This document shows, in pieces, positions 22,401 through 32,200 of a DNA stretch of 49,105 bases (its first letter is position 1; each line of letters starts with the position of its first letter). The notes beneath the pieces are model-generated. The model saw nothing but the letters and a program-made list of their open reading frames with translations. It did not search any database and had not been told where the DNA came from. Source of the DNA: a virus (Duplodnaviria > Heunggongvirae > Uroviricota > Caudoviricetes); the IMG/VR virus record IMGVR_UViG_3300003323_000621, positions 72,153-121,257 of that record; one strand, 5' to 3'. A program made the translations under genes and the position numbers.

Positions 22401-25400
22401 ACAGCTTCTAAACAAATTATAGATGAATTTGGTAATACTGAATTAAGAGATGGTGAACCTCTTATTCAAGCAGTAGATGTTAATGTAGTTTATAATGGAT
22501 TATTAAAAGCTCTTGCTAATATTCCAGATTCTAAAACATTTATAAGAAGATTACAACAGTATGGAAAAGGTAATTCTGAATCTTCTATTTACATTAGTAA
22601 ATTCTTTAATGATACTGGATTAGTAATTAATAATGATGGTACTTATAATGTAACTAAGAATTATCAATTATTCAATGCAGCTGTTAAAGGGTTTAATCAA
22701 TATAGAATTAATTATTTATTTAGTAGAAAAGATGCTAATAAACAACATCTTGATATATTTAATGCTAACCAAAAAGATGTAGCACAAACACAGGTTACTC
22801 AATGGTATAATGCATTTACTACTAACTACCAGGATATAGTTGATAATTTTACTAAAGAACAGAATTCAGAAAGAAATAAATTTGTTGATAATAGAAAGAA
22901 AGTTCTTGATAGAATTAATTCTTTCTTGTTATTAACTAAATCTTATTCTGATACTGATCTTAATAAACATGCAGAAGATCTTACATTAGATCTTAATGTA
23001 GCATATGGTATATCATTGTCTAAGAATTATATGTATTATTCAATGATAGCTAATATGACTGCTGAAAGAACTAGTGAGCAGGAAAACTATTATCAAGCAT
23101 TTAAAGATATTCAGCCTTTAACACAGGAAGATATATCTCAACTATCAAAGATTATACAAAAAGGTTTTAATCCTTTTGTAAAAGAGACAAAAGATGTAGA
23201 GATTACTGATGATGCTAGTGGAGAAACTACTACAGATGCTGTAGAAACAGATACTGCAGCTATTGGTAGATTAACTAAGATAGCTGCTAATAATGCAATT
23301 TTTGATGAAACAGTAGGTACTTCATCATTTAAGAATGCTAATAATAAGATGGTATATGGACATCAAAGTCCTACATTTGATCTTATTAAAACTACTCAAT
23401 TACAATCTCAAGATTTTAGGGATAATTTAAGAAAAGATAGTTATCTTAATAATAACTTCTTATTAAATAATTCTAAGTTTAATTGGATTGCTAATATAGG
23501 AAAGTTAATTATTGATAGAATTGATGGTTTAAGACAAGTATCTTTATCAGAGAATTCAGAAGGTCAATTATTTGAAAATAGAACTCTTGATGTAAATAAG
23601 AAAGAAGGTGTTGTATATGGTGATTATAATACCAGGGATTTTGTAGTTCAGTTATATGATCTTTATTTTACTAATATAACTAAAACTAATTCTGGTAATT
23701 CTATAAGAGCTATAGAATACCTTGATGATAATAATGCTAAAAAACAATTAGTATTATCTAACCATCTTATTAGAGTAATTGAAGCTTCTAATACTGGGGA
23801 TACAATTGCTTTACCTATAAATTATTCTTATTCTAAAGAAGGAATAACAGAAGAAGCTATTGATATACTTACTAATGAAGTTATAAATGAATATAATAGA
23901 ATTATAGTAGCAAAAGCAGAAATTGATCAGATTAACCAGGGTATAAAGACTTCTGGAATTATCAAAGGTTATCATACAAAAGAAAAAGGTAAGAAAGAAA
24001 GAGGATTAACATTCTTTAACATGGCTAATTCTCTTGGAAATCTTAGAACTTCTCTTGAAGAATCTGCTTTTAATGGAGTTCCCTTCTTAGAAAATAAAGA
24101 TGTTATTAATAATGTAAGGAAACAACTTAAAGATTATTGGAATAATCAAGTAGAACTTGAAGTTCAATACATGATTAATTCTAATATCATTAAAAGGAAT
24201 GCTAATGGTAAATTACATAATTTATTATTGGCAAGAGAATTAGCAGAGGGATTAACAACAAATAAAAAGTTTGATAAAGGATTATCTGATAAAGTATTTT
24301 TTACAAATGATTTAAAAACTAACATAGGTCAAGTATTTATTAATGATTTTATAAATACATTATCTTATAATCAATTATTAGCTGGAGATGAATCTAAACA
24401 AGTAGATGGTCCTGTTAACCAGGTTAAAAGAGCTAAAAGCAGAAACAATGCTGGTGCTTCTTTATATACAGAAGTAATTGCTCCTGAATTAGGTATTAAT
24501 CATACATTCACTCAGTCTCATATTCTTACTATTAAAGAACCTGAGTTTGTAAATAATTTAGGAGAAGTTAAGAGAGCTGATGCTCAAATGTGGGGAACAT
24601 TAAAAGGTATTAGATATACTTTATTTGGTCTTGGTAAACTTAATACTAAAGTAGCTGAATTCTTAGATAAGATAGAAGCAGGAATTCCTGTTACCAAAGA
24701 AGATGTATTTGGTAATGGAGAATTGGAAGGTTCTATTGATTTTAATGGACAAACAAGTGTACTTAAATTAGCTTATGCAGATGGAATAAAGAATGTCAAA
24801 ATCTCTATGGTAGTACTTACTAAACAATTAACTTCTTATTTCAATGAAGAATCTGGAGAGTGGGAAGCATTACCTCAAATGCAAGAGCTTCATGAAAAAA
24901 GAGTTAAATTAGAGGATTTTGAATCTAGAAATAATACTGTAGCATTTATGATTCCAGAATCAGGATCTAAAATGCTAACAGAAGATATTATTGATGATTT
25001 TAGAAATGCACAAGATATACATTTCAAAGTTCTTGATAATAATTTCTGGAAGTTACAATCAGAAAATCCTTCTAATAAAGTAGTAATTACTGATCCTACA
25101 CAAGCTAAACAGATTATAGATTCTGAACAAAATGATATTGTAGAAGTATCTGTTGAAGGATTTCCTGCTTTAAAATCTCTCTTTGGTAAAGATAAAATAA
25201 CAGTTAAAGAATTAAGAGAAATTTATCAAGAATCTTCTTCTAGAAGAGTAGAACAAAATTATTTAAAAGCTAGAAACTTAATATTTAAAATAACTGGAAA
25301 TAAAAAGGGATTATCTGATAGCATAGATACATCAAGAATAACTCCTGATTTAACTGCTTTTATCAAAAGAGCAAAAGAAACTTTGGAAGCTTCAGGTGCA

Positions 25401-28400
25401 GATTCTCAATTATTAGGATTCTTTGAATTGGATGAGAATAATAAACCTAAGTATGATCTTAATCTTCCAATGACTCTTGATAAATATACTCAGCTATTTT
25501 TGGCTTATTTCTCTAAAGGAGTAATACAAGAAAAAACTCCAGGTCATGCTATTACTTTAGCTTCTGATCAGGGAGTTAGAATACTTAGACAAGTAGTATC
25601 TTTAAATGAAGATGGTTCTGTTAAACAGTTTAAAACTGTAAGAATGGATGAATTTAAAAGTAATCCTTATAGATTCAGAAATATAATAGAGGATGGTTCA
25701 GAACAAGGATTATCTGTAGGAGAATTATATCTTACAGATCTTAAGCATAAGGTTCCTGAGTATAATGAAAAAGGAGAAATAATAGGATATTATTCAGAAG
25801 GTATGATAGCTCCACATTTTGCAGAATTAATGGATATTAAACCAGGAGAAAATATTCCTGAAGCTGTATCTAAGAATTTTGGTGTGAGAATTCCTTCTGA
25901 TGATAAACACTCTTTTATTGCAATTAAAATAGTAGATTTTCTACCAGCTAACTATGGTTCTACTGGTATATTTGCTAAGGAACTTATACAAATTTCTGGA
26001 GCTGACTTTGATGTGGATAAAATGTATATGTCTATAGCTTCATGGTATAAAAATAAACAAGGAGATATTGTTAAATATGGAAATGTATCTTCCCAAGAAG
26101 AAAGATTTGCAGAGTTTATTCATTATGAAGTAAATAATAATAAGGATCTTAAAAAGTTAATAGCAGAGAAACTTCAAGCTAATAAGGATTATAATACTAT
26201 GGATAAAATATTATCTGTAAGTAAACTTAGTAATCCCTGGGTTAATGAAGATTTAGAGAATTTAGTTTCTGAAACTTCTTTCTCTCAAGTTATTTCTTTT
26301 GGAGATACTGATGCTCTTATTAAATATACTAAAGCTGAAAAACAATCTCTTAAAGACACAGCTATTATAGAATCTTTACAACAGTTAGGATTACCTTCTT
26401 CATTAGAAGAATATAACAATTATACTAATAATGGAGAAATAGAAATTAACAATGGAGTACTTAATAATAGAATTTTAGAAGCTAAGATAGGTCTTCTTAC
26501 TAATGAGTTTGTTAATACTTATAATGATACTACAGCTGGTCCTGATGCATTAAAAGATCTTACTAAGGATGAAGATCTCAGACCTTCTCTTAATCTTCCT
26601 GATGGTTATGATACAAATACTATTACTGGTAAAAGAATAGGTTTTACTAATAATAAAGAAGGAGCTAATGGTATTGGACCTGCAGTTAACTTCTCTCTTG
26701 TTTATTCTTTATTAAATAAATATGGAATTAAATTAAGGTCATCAGAGGAATCTAATAATGATGATAGTTTCTTTAAATTAAGGATAGATAATCATATTTA
26801 TGATGGTTATGATAGAAGGATAGCTGATGATGGAGAAAGGATAATGCAGAATATAGCAGTACTTGAAGCTGCTATGACAGATAATGCTAAGGAACAATTA
26901 GCATCCATCTTTAATATTCCTACTCATGCTGTATCTGTATTAGCAAATATGTTCTCTCAAGGTATAGATATGAAAACTGCAGTATCTATATTACTTCAAC
27001 CTTCTATTAAAGAATATTTTAACTCTATTAAAGAATTTGAAGCAAACTTTAAATCAGCAGAAGATGGTAAGATAGATGGTAAAAAAGTAAGTAGAAGAGA
27101 TGTAGGACAAGCTTTATTAGATAAAATAAAAGGTACTATTCCTAATGGACAATTTAATGAAGAATATGAAATAACCAGAGAAGGGTTATTTAGTTCTACA
27201 AGAGGAGAATCTTTAGATTCTATGTTACAATGGAAAGTTCTTGATAGTTATATTAGACTTCAAAAACAAACCAGTTCTGTAGCTTCTATAGCTAATGTAA
27301 TAAAACTCAGTAAGGGATTAGGAACTAGTTTTGAATATATTGATGATATTCAAAATACCTTAAGAGAATTAGGAATATATGAAAATGAAGAAGAATTTAA
27401 AGAAAATCCTTCAGCAGTAGATGTTAGAGAAGTGTTAACTAAGCTTCATAAAATATCATCTACTAATATTAAAGTAATGAATCAAATATTTCAATTATCA
27501 AAAACAATGTTCATTGAAAGAACAGATACTTTTGATAGAATATCTGATATTGTTATGGGTAATATGGATTTCTCTAAAGACATGTATAACTTTGAAGAGG
27601 AAAAGATAAAACTCAAGAGAAATCTTATTTCATATTTGACATTCAAAGCTTATATGAAAGATATGGTTGCTAATAACAAATCTGGAAGATTAACTACATT
27701 AACTAATAAATTATTATATGACAAGTTAAATGAAAATGATAACTTCTTAAATATAGTAGAAATAGTTAAATTAGCTAGGAAAAATGCTCCAAATAATTAC
27801 TTCTTAAATAAATTCTTAAACATGGTTCCTACTTCAAGAATACAGAAAGATGGTTCTGTAGTAGCTAATCAGAATAATAAGGATCAAATTAACAAGATAG
27901 AAGCTAATACTTGGGCTAAAGTATCTAATACCAGAGCAGAGTTATTACAAGATAGCTTTAGAGAGTTGTATTCTAATCCAGATACTAAAGATTATGCTGT
28001 AGCAATATTTAACTATCTTATAGTTAAAGATGGTTTACAGTATAAATCTGGCTCATTTATTAAATACATTCCTAATGCTGTATTTTATGATATTTTACAA
28101 TCAGCATCTAAAGTTAATGATTTAATGAAGTTACAGGTATCTGATTCCTTAACTCAGGAAGAACTTACTAAGAAATATGAAAGTGCTTTTGGGTTAGATC
28201 AAAAGGGTATATTTAATGAGTTTACTAAAGTATATCTTTCTAACATAAATAATGCCTTCCATATTCCACAGGTAACTAATATTGTTAAAAATAATAGTCC
28301 TAAATCAGCAATTAATTTTACATCTGATTTAAAAAATCAAATAAATATTGATATATTTGCAAATACAAAATCTCAAGATTTTGAGAATTATTTTACTGGT

Positions 28401-29207
28401 AAATATTCCAATGAAGAGTTAGGACAAGGAGAAGGTTCTTTACAGATAATAGCTACTCCAACAGGTCAATCTGATTTTTCTAAGGACAGCTTTATAACTA
28501 ATATTGAAGATCTTAATGAATCTGGATTTACCTTTGCTTTTGAAAAAGGTAAAAATAAGAAGGGTGAAGATATAGTTAGAAGATTAGTTAAGTTTCCTTA
28601 TGTAATAAAAGTAAGAGATGGAGCTATAGATAGGTATTATAGATTAAATTCTGTAGGTAAAAAGACTTCTAAAGAGGATGTTACTGATAGTTTAGCATCT
28701 AATTTTATTGAGCCAGGAAATACTATGGCTCAAGGAACTAAAGCTGTATATATTGAATTTCAGCTTAAAGGTGTTAGAAATCAAACTCCTATAGCAGAAA
28801 TGTTTGGAGAGATTCCAGATGCTAAGAATTTCATTAAGAAACCTAGAAATATTCTAGGTATGTCTTTAAAAGATTACATGGAAATGTCAAAAAATCCTAC
28901 CATGTTAAGATCTCTTGGTATGGCAGATACTGCTGATGTTTTAGATGTAATGGGATATGGTACTACAGATATAATAGTAAAAGAAAATGATATTCCAGAT
29001 ATTTCTTTTGAGGGAGAAGCTTTTGCTTTTGATAAAGCTATAGCTGATATTAAAGCTAATCAAGAAATTCCTGCTGTAGAAATAGAAGAGATAGAACAAG
29101 AAGCTTTAGGAATTATAGATGTAGATATGCTTAATGAAATGTTAGCTAAAGATGAAGAAATGAGAAAGAACATGGATGAAATGGACTCAGAATCAGGAAC
29201 ATGTTAA
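16440..29207 (+). CDS. Giant virion-packaged DNA-dependent RNA polymerase polyprotein (crAss/phi14:2 gp66-like), with an N-terminal membrane/ejection region and a zincin motif
   Basis: GVRIPSDDKHS (RIP at 25887) and ISGADFDVDKMY (DFDVD at 26004-26018) match the crAss-type RNAP catalytic loop. HEAFH at 21477-21491 has a downstream EEYMAD. The N-terminal ~500 aa contain Gly/Ala-rich hydrophobic helices and EGLWEENVQ. Confidence 0.85.
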   Translation: MPDNNTQQPNVSGTPTPQQISPLSQRDFYTLDNVHQSVGSQLQKTLFWDYARNAAPVALAKMPTLSTNYPNLINNSGVIYQAGVPKATKTWDQMSIEVANNLKATNPYFNTPTVQNSYQEAGRYSTNIHGNAHGYIRGRNNEDYEASKQSGWELVPIGVINFLEKTGSVALSSIGMIGNLPNALLSGDMSKAADNWLSKWADQIYEDRSNVVFRSDEYNQKGALAKLGTGTWWADQGADMAGFVAGNILPAAGIAKVGVLTRGSKYLGNAIWSSKAAESFVAATEAGQLAATSVPTVLQAGNFLAKNNRWLNGLTTLETSAASAYTESVFEAADTKKRIYQQMLDAGKAPDEAASIANTNANRTFGLNMMVLLPSAFWEVNALLKGRENLKQAVKYIRNGELVSPEMKSYIASLGKGAAEGALVEGLWEENVQHSIQELADKISSEKISTSFSDIGSSIISDTFVNNFTTDEGLENIVGGVVMGILMGGKKGYSNVKDNYKLAKVASEKYNKSYTDEYKLAKDIMKLSDYQKNTDDYIMRDASGNIILEDNVAKINHSKLIQDVKSLGLQVDLGSTMASAANNNLDDVFETAKNQLIGEYVYNHMNNGLEERMWDKLNSWQNLNQTEKDQLGIFFEEKDSEGNPISLQDQLNDVKIKTAKYKRLYNHIESMYPEVLYTDKEGREYGYNTRGIFRESILNQSLSDQLDNIRNDISSLSSEIVEAFEQQLSYGSYSDRNEKLLWEENQKIKSFIADNPNSTFSIQFNKLNSSEKETISELKKSNERYKDLTNRDNTLQEIQSTVESRDKNETIVKEKLKNLPKDIEAENERSAKDANDVFDTDTLPEPPEDVTIEPVSDDIDAFESAVASNTTKPSDSIPGKDEDMAYRVSVAKQAILNHYAGNKTLQQQASDKLDQMDDQQVFQAYDAVFKDQAKTFNFKGKTITVGDIYKDNTEVSRQWKVVGQNTLPGAQGAVMLQDISDPTNKYEISELSQLDALTLVESKPKTSKEKTEEKKDNIKKSQQPSLTEDGNPIVNEDTPKIWRIPNGNVFVEVFQQIPYSLNKAAITSVLSSTPKIAVTSGLRIRFKRVTDPNRIAKYNDLRNPAGQDLMPNTNIKQHMGVLYDAEIILGDQVIGYLTDPNKYIFYSSTGEIIPVESMTEEYFSTIYNTNQKYPISLEQFKNYHSQSTNLYNELITRLGNEDEIILEPSDISSLLSWNINNGEYDYSDNKEYSLDQLQFNTVMGETYIIDSQNVFDSNGLLQSRTQNVIISDPTRYNEIDKVVQDSLSKLNTGINNYGRYVAAVQLGNGDIKFVELTTPVLSNTELESIIDSIFERRSQSASQTNIAEDRSKIPNDYSFNDQFNKDLNDLLFISLDQKGWKAKLEVSPTGSFRLVVTDYRNDGKPISAKINISLTTSKNIDDIIKSINNSIVEYNKADIKDKSIAKIPFKLNRSNFKKSLSRNPTIDELRLLSTSVNPGIVKNASLSIDVKQFTPTPTLVTTNEVIREPQLPSETNVTVTLPIEDESGQPTEAMIGSGSYQEISEQINNLQIQIQTILSEIKTRKDKEFNKVANENIKNIKAQIADLMTRLPKTEITLKVINSKESREGTIRLNEFKKFLQKNLPSYINVADINNLSKNLMTTGTTVGAFQNNLEILGNGKFKVTGGTIFTADNNSFKYHEAFHAVFRLLLDNKQIKQLLDQASKEVKINDQSINEFRNSSSLYSNLGDSQIRERILEEYMADKFEEWKSNKATKTDSRIKEFFKQLLLWIKSFSQRIGLSKQDLYVLFDDINTGKYKNKVIQQNKFTNYGEYDPQSEVFSTDPVLKLIKIGEEITTDENGNKLVTAKYLSQSKSTQIVNTVTSVFLNRRENYRGKISDLINEIMNDYATLYDPSRDIYLEREDYSDIIEDLYDIQAAYSDPSARESIIEAINYNLNQMGFKQALLEDENESVEDNFGPKTTSDYSLSQENIDSHENIPALVRRHIGTASKQIIDEFGNTELRDGEPLIQAVDVNVVYNGLLKALANIPDSKTFIRRLQQYGKGNSESSIYISKFFNDTGLVINNDGTYNVTKNYQLFNAAVKGFNQYRINYLFSRKDANKQHLDIFNANQKDVAQTQVTQWYNAFTTNYQDIVDNFTKEQNSERNKFVDNRKKVLDRINSFLLLTKSYSDTDLNKHAEDLTLDLNVAYGISLSKNYMYYSMIANMTAERTSEQENYYQAFKDIQPLTQEDISQLSKIIQKGFNPFVKETKDVEITDDASGETTTDAVETDTAAIGRLTKIAANNAIFDETVGTSSFKNANNKMVYGHQSPTFDLIKTTQLQSQDFRDNLRKDSYLNNNFLLNNSKFNWIANIGKLIIDRIDGLRQVSLSENSEGQLFENRTLDVNKKEGVVYGDYNTRDFVVQLYDLYFTNITKTNSGNSIRAIEYLDDNNAKKQLVLSNHLIRVIEASNTGDTIALPINYSYSKEGITEEAIDILTNEVINEYNRIIVAKAEIDQINQGIKTSGIIKGYHTKEKGKKERGLTFFNMANSLGNLRTSLEESAFNGVPFLENKDVINNVRKQLKDYWNNQVELEVQYMINSNIIKRNANGKLHNLLLARELAEGLTTNKKFDKGLSDKVFFTNDLKTNIGQVFINDFINTLSYNQLLAGDESKQVDGPVNQVKRAKSRNNAGASLYTEVIAPELGINHTFTQSHILTIKEPEFVNNLGEVKRADAQMWGTLKGIRYTLFGLGKLNTKVAEFLDKIEAGIPVTKEDVFGNGELEGSIDFNGQTSVLKLAYADGIKNVKISMVVLTKQLTSYFNEESGEWEALPQMQELHEKRVKLEDFESRNNTVAFMIPESGSKMLTEDIIDDFRNAQDIHFKVLDNNFWKLQSENPSNKVVITDPTQAKQIIDSEQNDIVEVSVEGFPALKSLFGKDKITVKELREIYQESSSRRVEQNYLKARNLIFKITGNKKGLSDSIDTSRITPDLTAFIKRAKETLEASGADSQLLGFFELDENNKPKYDLNLPMTLDKYTQLFLAYFSKGVIQEKTPGHAITLASDQGVRILRQVVSLNEDGSVKQFKTVRMDEFKSNPYRFRNIIEDGSEQGLSVGELYLTDLKHKVPEYNEKGEIIGYYSEGMIAPHFAELMDIKPGENIPEAVSKNFGVRIPSDDKHSFIAIKIVDFLPANYGSTGIFAKELIQISGADFDVDKMYMSIASWYKNKQGDIVKYGNVSSQEERFAEFIHYEVNNNKDLKKLIAEKLQANKDYNTMDKILSVSKLSNPWVNEDLENLVSETSFSQVISFGDTDALIKYTKAEKQSLKDTAIIESLQQLGLPSSLEEYNNYTNNGEIEINNGVLNNRILEAKIGLLTNEFVNTYNDTTAGPDALKDLTKDEDLRPSLNLPDGYDTNTITGKRIGFTNNKEGANGIGPAVNFSLVYSLLNKYGIKLRSSEESNNDDSFFKLRIDNHIYDGYDRRIADDGERIMQNIAVLEAAMTDNAKEQLASIFNIPTHAVSVLANMFSQGIDMKTAVSILLQPSIKEYFNSIKEFEANFKSAEDGKIDGKKVSRRDVGQALLDKIKGTIPNGQFNEEYEITREGLFSSTRGESLDSMLQWKVLDSYIRLQKQTSSVASIANVIKLSKGLGTSFEYIDDIQNTLRELGIYENEEEFKENPSAVDVREVLTKLHKISSTNIKVMNQIFQLSKTMFIERTDTFDRISDIVMGNMDFSKDMYNFEEEKIKLKRNLISYLTFKAYMKDMVANNKSGRLTTLTNKLLYDKLNENDNFLNIVEIVKLARKNAPNNYFLNKFLNMVPTSRIQKDGSVVANQNNKDQINKIEANTWAKVSNTRAELLQDSFRELYSNPDTKDYAVAIFNYLIVKDGLQYKSGSFIKYIPNAVFYDILQSASKVNDLMKLQVSDSLTQEELTKKYESAFGLDQKGIFNEFTKVYLSNINNAFHIPQVTNIVKNNSPKSAINFTSDLKNQINIDIFANTKSQDFENYFTGKYSNEELGQGEGSLQIIATPTGQSDFSKDSFITNIEDLNESGFTFAFEKGKNKKGEDIVRRLVKFPYVIKVRDGAIDRYYRLNSVGKKTSKEDVTDSLASNFIEPGNTMAQGTKAVYIEFQLKGVRNQTPIAEMFGEIPDAKNFIKKPRNILGMSLKDYMEMSKNPTMLRSLGMADTADVLDVMGYGTTDIIVKENDIPDISFEGEAFAFDKAIADIKANQEIPAVEIEEIEQEALGIIDVDMLNEMLAKDEEMRKNMDEMDSESGTC

Positions 29208-29219
29208 AATTATAACTTA

Positions 29220-32200
29220 ATGTCATATTGTAGATTAATAGTTCCAAAGGTAGGAAACAATAAAGGTGTAAAAACTAAATCTGTTTTATATTCAAATATA
29301 CTTGATACAGTTAAGGATCCTAAAAAGGCAACTAAACTGTATCAAGTTGCCTTTACAAGTGATTTTATAAATAATTTTGGGGATTGGATAAATAATCCTC
29401 AAGATAAAAATATTATATCTAAATTAGATAGTAATGGAGAACCTAAATTATCTGAGTTAAAAGATTATATAACCAGTGCTAACTTTAGGATTAAATCTAA
29501 TAGAAATATAGAATACTTCAAGAAAAGATATGGAATAGATAAAGTAATGAGTCTTGGAGAAGCTCAATTATTATCTGAAAAGATCAATAAATTATATCCT
29601 AATGTTCAAGCATCTTGGGATGCAAGAACAGATAATAAAGGAGTAGTTAATCTTCATTTTAATACTTCTGAGTATTTAGCAGATAAAAATTCTGATGGAG
29701 AAGTTAATAGATTACTAGTATCTAAATTACTTGACAAGTTTCCAAAACTTAATGTGAAGTATATAAATCAAACAGATATTGAATCTATAATAGGATCAAG
29801 AAATTTATTAAAAGCTGGTAATGCTGATAACATCAGATCTTTCTTTCATGGAGGAACAGTATATATAATAGATGGAAGAACAGATAATGAAATGGTTATA
29901 GAGGAGTTTTTACATCCTTTTGTAGCTAATATAGCAAAAGATAATCCTGAAGCTATGTTAGGATTATTCAATGATGCAAAGAAAAATTATCCTCAGCTTT
30001 GGAATTATATTCAAAGAGAGTATAATTCTGAAAGAGGATATTCTAATGCTGACAGAGCTAAAGAACTAGTTACTCAATCTATAGCTAAAGTAGCTAATAA
30101 TGAATTTGAAGAAAATGGTTTAGATGAAATATCTAAAAATGATTTCTTATCTAAAATAGAAACCTTTTGGAATAAGCTTAGAGATCTTATTAGATCTTTA
30201 ATAAATAATTCAGATAATAGAATATTTGCAGATGATATAGTTCCAGGTACTAAAATAGATGATATTGCTAAGTTACTTGGAGTAAAGGATATATCATTCA
30301 ATACTTATATTTCTGATCCATTAGAAATATATTTTAATTTAACAGAAGAAGAACAAAAAGGAGAAAATCCTCCTTTACCTACAGATACTGAAGCTGATTT
30401 AGTAGAAAAAATGCTAAATGGTCTTTATAATTATCAAAAGATATTAGTTGATAGAAAAAACTTTTTTAAAGAATCTAATACTAATAGAAGATCTAAGTTT
30501 CAATTCCAGGGTAAAACTATTAATGGATTAGAAGCACTAATTGCTGAATTAGGAACTGATATAGATAATCTTAAATTAGAATATTCTAAAGGAGAGTTAA
30601 TTAGGATATTTAGTAAAATGTTAGATAATATCCAGCATGATGCTGAAAGTATATCTAAATATATTAACAATAAGAAAAATGTAAGTACTGATCCTTATAT
30701 ATCTGTTGTATTAGAAGCTCAAAAAATGATTGATAGTTATAGTAATCTTAGATTAGCAGTAGATATTGGTATGACTAATACTAATATTGAATCCAAGATG
30801 AATAAAACTATTGATCAGCTTAATACTCTTAAAGATGATCTTCTTGATGCAGTAAATGATTATGTAGTACATGTAGTTAAAAATACTACTAACAATGATA
30901 GTTTAACTGAAGAAGAGATTAAAAAAATTCTTAAAGAGAGTTATGACATTCCTGATGCAGATTATTTATTTGGAGACATGTCTACTTCAAAAGATACTTT
31001 ATTAGCTATAGCAGATATTCAATATAAGAATGCTATGATAGCTGTAAAAGATAGAGTAGATGAAAGAAAGGAACAATTAAATACATTAGGAAAGAATCTT
31101 ATAAATGCTACTGGAGGTAAAACTAAAAAAGGATTATTTAACTTCATGATTGATTTTGATGATAAAGGTAATCCTACAGGAAGGTTAGTACAAAAGATAG
31201 GTAAGCAATATTATAATAAGAAGAAAGCAGTAATGGATCCTTTGTTTAATGAAAAAGGAGAGAAAATAGAATACTTTGAAATAAAGAATGTATTAACAGC
31301 AGATCCTGCTCAAGTAAGACATAATCAAGAATTATATGCAAAGAAAAAGGTAGCAAGAATGTTTAGATCTGCTGAGATTATAGAAGATGGTCAAATTTAT
31401 GATGGTACTTATCATGCATATACAGAAGAGTTTTTAAGAGATAGAGCTAAGTATGAAATATTTGATGGAGCAATGTGGAGAGTAAGTCCTGAGTATGAAA
31501 ATACTCCAGAGTATTCTCAGTATAGAAACAAATATTATACTGATCCAATAGAAGTATTAGTAGGATCTCCAAATGGCTCTGCTCAATTAATGAAGATGTC
31601 ATTTCCTAAGAATGAATATGTATATATTAAAGATATTGCATCAACAGGAGAGGATATGAGAGATTCTAAATGGGTTAAACTTCATAACCCTTTAACTAAC
31701 CTTGAAAGAGCTCAATTAGAATTTTATAATGGATACTTAGAAATATATAATGATCTTCTTAACAGACTTCCTGAAAAATATAGGAAGGAAATGGAAGGAA
31801 AGATGATTAAGGTTAAGATGGGTCTGTATAATAATATTATGGAACATAAAGAATCCATGTTCAAAATTATTGCCAGGTCTTTTAGACAATGGACTAAAGC
31901 TCCTGAATATTCTGCACAAAGAGTTACTGATGAAACAGGAATGATTTCTGATGAAGTTCCATTATTTTATGGTGGAGATTTCCAATCTCAGAAAAGGATT
32001 GATTCTCTTCAAAATGAAATTGATAAATTAAAAGCAGATTATTCTGCTAATAAAATCAAACAAGAAGAATATCTTGAACAGAGAAAACAATTAACATCCA
32101 GACTTAACTTTGAAATGGGTAAAGTAAGAGCTGATGAAGCTAGTCTTGATTTGTTAGATGGTCTTAGTAAGTTTGTTAATATGGCTGAGAACTATGATGT

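Noticed and set aside
16440-29207. Intein or group I intron explaining the size of the RNAP gene
   Set aside because: The ORF is continuous, and I recognised no intein splice-junction or LAGLIDADG/HNH motifs. An HMM search would be needed to exclude this fully.
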